From the NCBI GenBank assembly GCA_951406725.2, contig OX597823.1, positions 80,290,001 through 80,354,000 of the forward strand: DNA of 64,000 bases, read 5' to 3'. The position numbers and the translations under genes were made by a program. The notes under the pieces are model-generated. The model saw only the letters and a program-made list of their open reading frames with translations, was not told where the DNA came from and ran no database searches. Below are positions 1 to 64,000 of the stretch, one piece after another; the stretch's first letter is position 1, and each line of letters starts with the position of its first letter. The DNA is from Octopus vulgaris. Taxonomy: Eukaryota.

Positions 1-1231
1 GATTATATCATAACAAGTTCACTCAGCTCAGCTCCACAAGAAGATACAGCTTTGAGAATAGATAATATGATCATATCTTCAGTTGCACAGAGCCAGAAGA
101 GAAATCATTTAAATGAACTTTGAAAATGGCTTCCAGAGAAGAATATTTTTGAACCTCCATTAATCAGTTGAGGTCATACAGACACTTTAACTAGAGAACA
201 ATAGAAATTCTGGAGATGTACTTGCATAGCGAGTGACTTGATCTGAGATTGTGTGCTGGAATGAAAACAATTGCAGCATGGAGGGTGTTTATAAGCCATT
301 TAAGAAACACACAAAAACTGTTAAATTCACTTCAACATTTATATTTAATTTGTCAAAATATTTTCGTCGCTTTGAGACCGTGACCTGTTCACTGACAAAA
401 CTTCATGCTTTTATTAAATATTCCATATGGTTGAGTAGACAGGATAGTGACTGCAGGCATTTGACATTATGTAATAAATGGCATTTTAGTGACAGCCACT
501 ATCTCATGGAGATTTACAACTGCACAAGATGTATGTGTTAAGAAGTCCACATCTCTGAAAATTAGATTGATGTCTGAAAAATTAAACTCTCTACTGCACT
601 CAGCTGAGTGCTGTTTTACAAGTACTTGGTAAACTCACAAGTGTTGGTGCCATTAAAAGAAAGTGCCCAGTACACTCTGGAAAGTGGTTGGCATTAGGAA
701 GGACATCCCGTTGAACAAACTATGCCAAAGAAAACAATGGGGCCTGGTGCAGCCCTGTGACTTGTCAGTTCCTGTCAAACCTGCCAACCCATGCCAACAG
801 GGGCAAAGGAATGCTAAACTGATGATGATGAGGGGGGGATGATAAGGAGGGGAGGGGTGCAGGAAGGAGGTGAGGGGGGAGGGGATGGGAGGAGGAGGAG
901 GAGGGCAATGATTTTCTGAGGGATGAAACATTAGCTATCTCCATCTTCATTACAATGAAACATATCAAACTCTTCCAAAATTCTCCTTTGATCTCATTAT
1001 TTTCCGATGGTCATCACCATCTTCCTTCAATTCCATATTTTACTCCATATTCTTCTGAGCCAACAACTCAAGTTAGACTAAGCAAATCTAATAATTAACC
1101 ATTATTTATAAAAAAACAAAAAAAACCCAAGAAATTCAGGCAAATCATATCTAATGCTTACAATACTTAAAACATTTTAAAGAATTTAATGAATTAAAAA
1201 GGCATAGTATTTATAAAAGAGTTGCGCTTAC

Positions 1232-63244
<62,013 letters not shown>

Positions 63245-64000
63245 CTAAATGTAAAAAAAAAAAGTAAAAAAGAAAAAGAAATGTGATGTGAATTTTCTAA
63301 CAGAGTACATGATTGATAACTTTAATTAAAAACATTTCAGCTCTGATCAAACTATCTTTATTCTTGGGCATAGTATATCCAGGAATACATTATCCAATGT
63401 ATCTTTCGATCCCACAAGATGATGAAGTGCAATGTAAAGTAGATTTGATTGCTTTTCCCAGCAAGTTACTATGTAAGGATTTCTATGTTGACTTCATCTA
63501 TTGATGAAAAAATGGTTTCAAATTTTGGCGCAAGGCCAGCAGTTTTTGAGGAGAAGTATAAGTCAATTACCTCAACCCCAGTACAGGACTGGTACTTATT
63601 TTAACAACCCCAAAAAGATGAAAGGCCTCAACAGTATTTGAACTCAGAACATAAATTCAGGAGAAATGCTACAAGCATTTTACCTGACATGCTAATGATT
63701 CTTCCAGCTTGGAATTATCTAAAAGTACCATAAAGTTAACTGTCTAAACAGTTCCAAGAGAAATCAATGAAGATTGCAATGATGATTCCAGAGAAATCAT
63801 TACCATGCCAGTTATCTTACAATTTATCACAAGCCAACAAGGACACTGCTACATGGCAAGTTAACTTGTAAGAAACAGCAGCTGAATTATCTTCAAAATA
63901 CATCCTATCAAATTAAAGGGGAAGGATATATTTAAAAAAGGACATGCTGCATAATGTAATCAAGGTTCTCAATGCTGACATACCTAGGAAGACTTGATCT

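Overview
AT-rich eukaryotic (animal) genomic DNA. The repeat landscape (tRNA-derived SINEs, RTE-tailed (CAT)n elements, dense (TA)n/(GT)n/(ATT)n microsatellites) resembles octopod cephalopod genomes; this is recognition from memory, not a database result. The whole window lies inside one minus-strand gene whose start and stop are outside the window. I traced 22 GT-AG exons by hand (63244 down to 1232, including two candidate 6-nt microexons). Their splice phases chain consistently and give about 15.6 kb of CDS (~5,190 aa). The protein is a giant secreted mucin-like mosaic: Cys-rich TIL-like and VWC-like modules, an atypical LDLa-like motif, two discoidin/F5-8C-like domains, then two huge Pro/Thr/Ser tandem-repeat exons (8.2 kb and 4.9 kb). 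Local frame breaks at ~16.7-17.5 kb in the 8.2-kb exon are probably assembly errors. Introns hold many SINEs, LINE fragments, MITEs and a Helitron, several fold-back structures (including a near-perfect 441-nt palindrome centred on half a hammerhead-ribozyme motif) and other hammerhead-like motifs. The long plus-strand Val/Gly/Ala ORFs are antisense shadows of the repeats.
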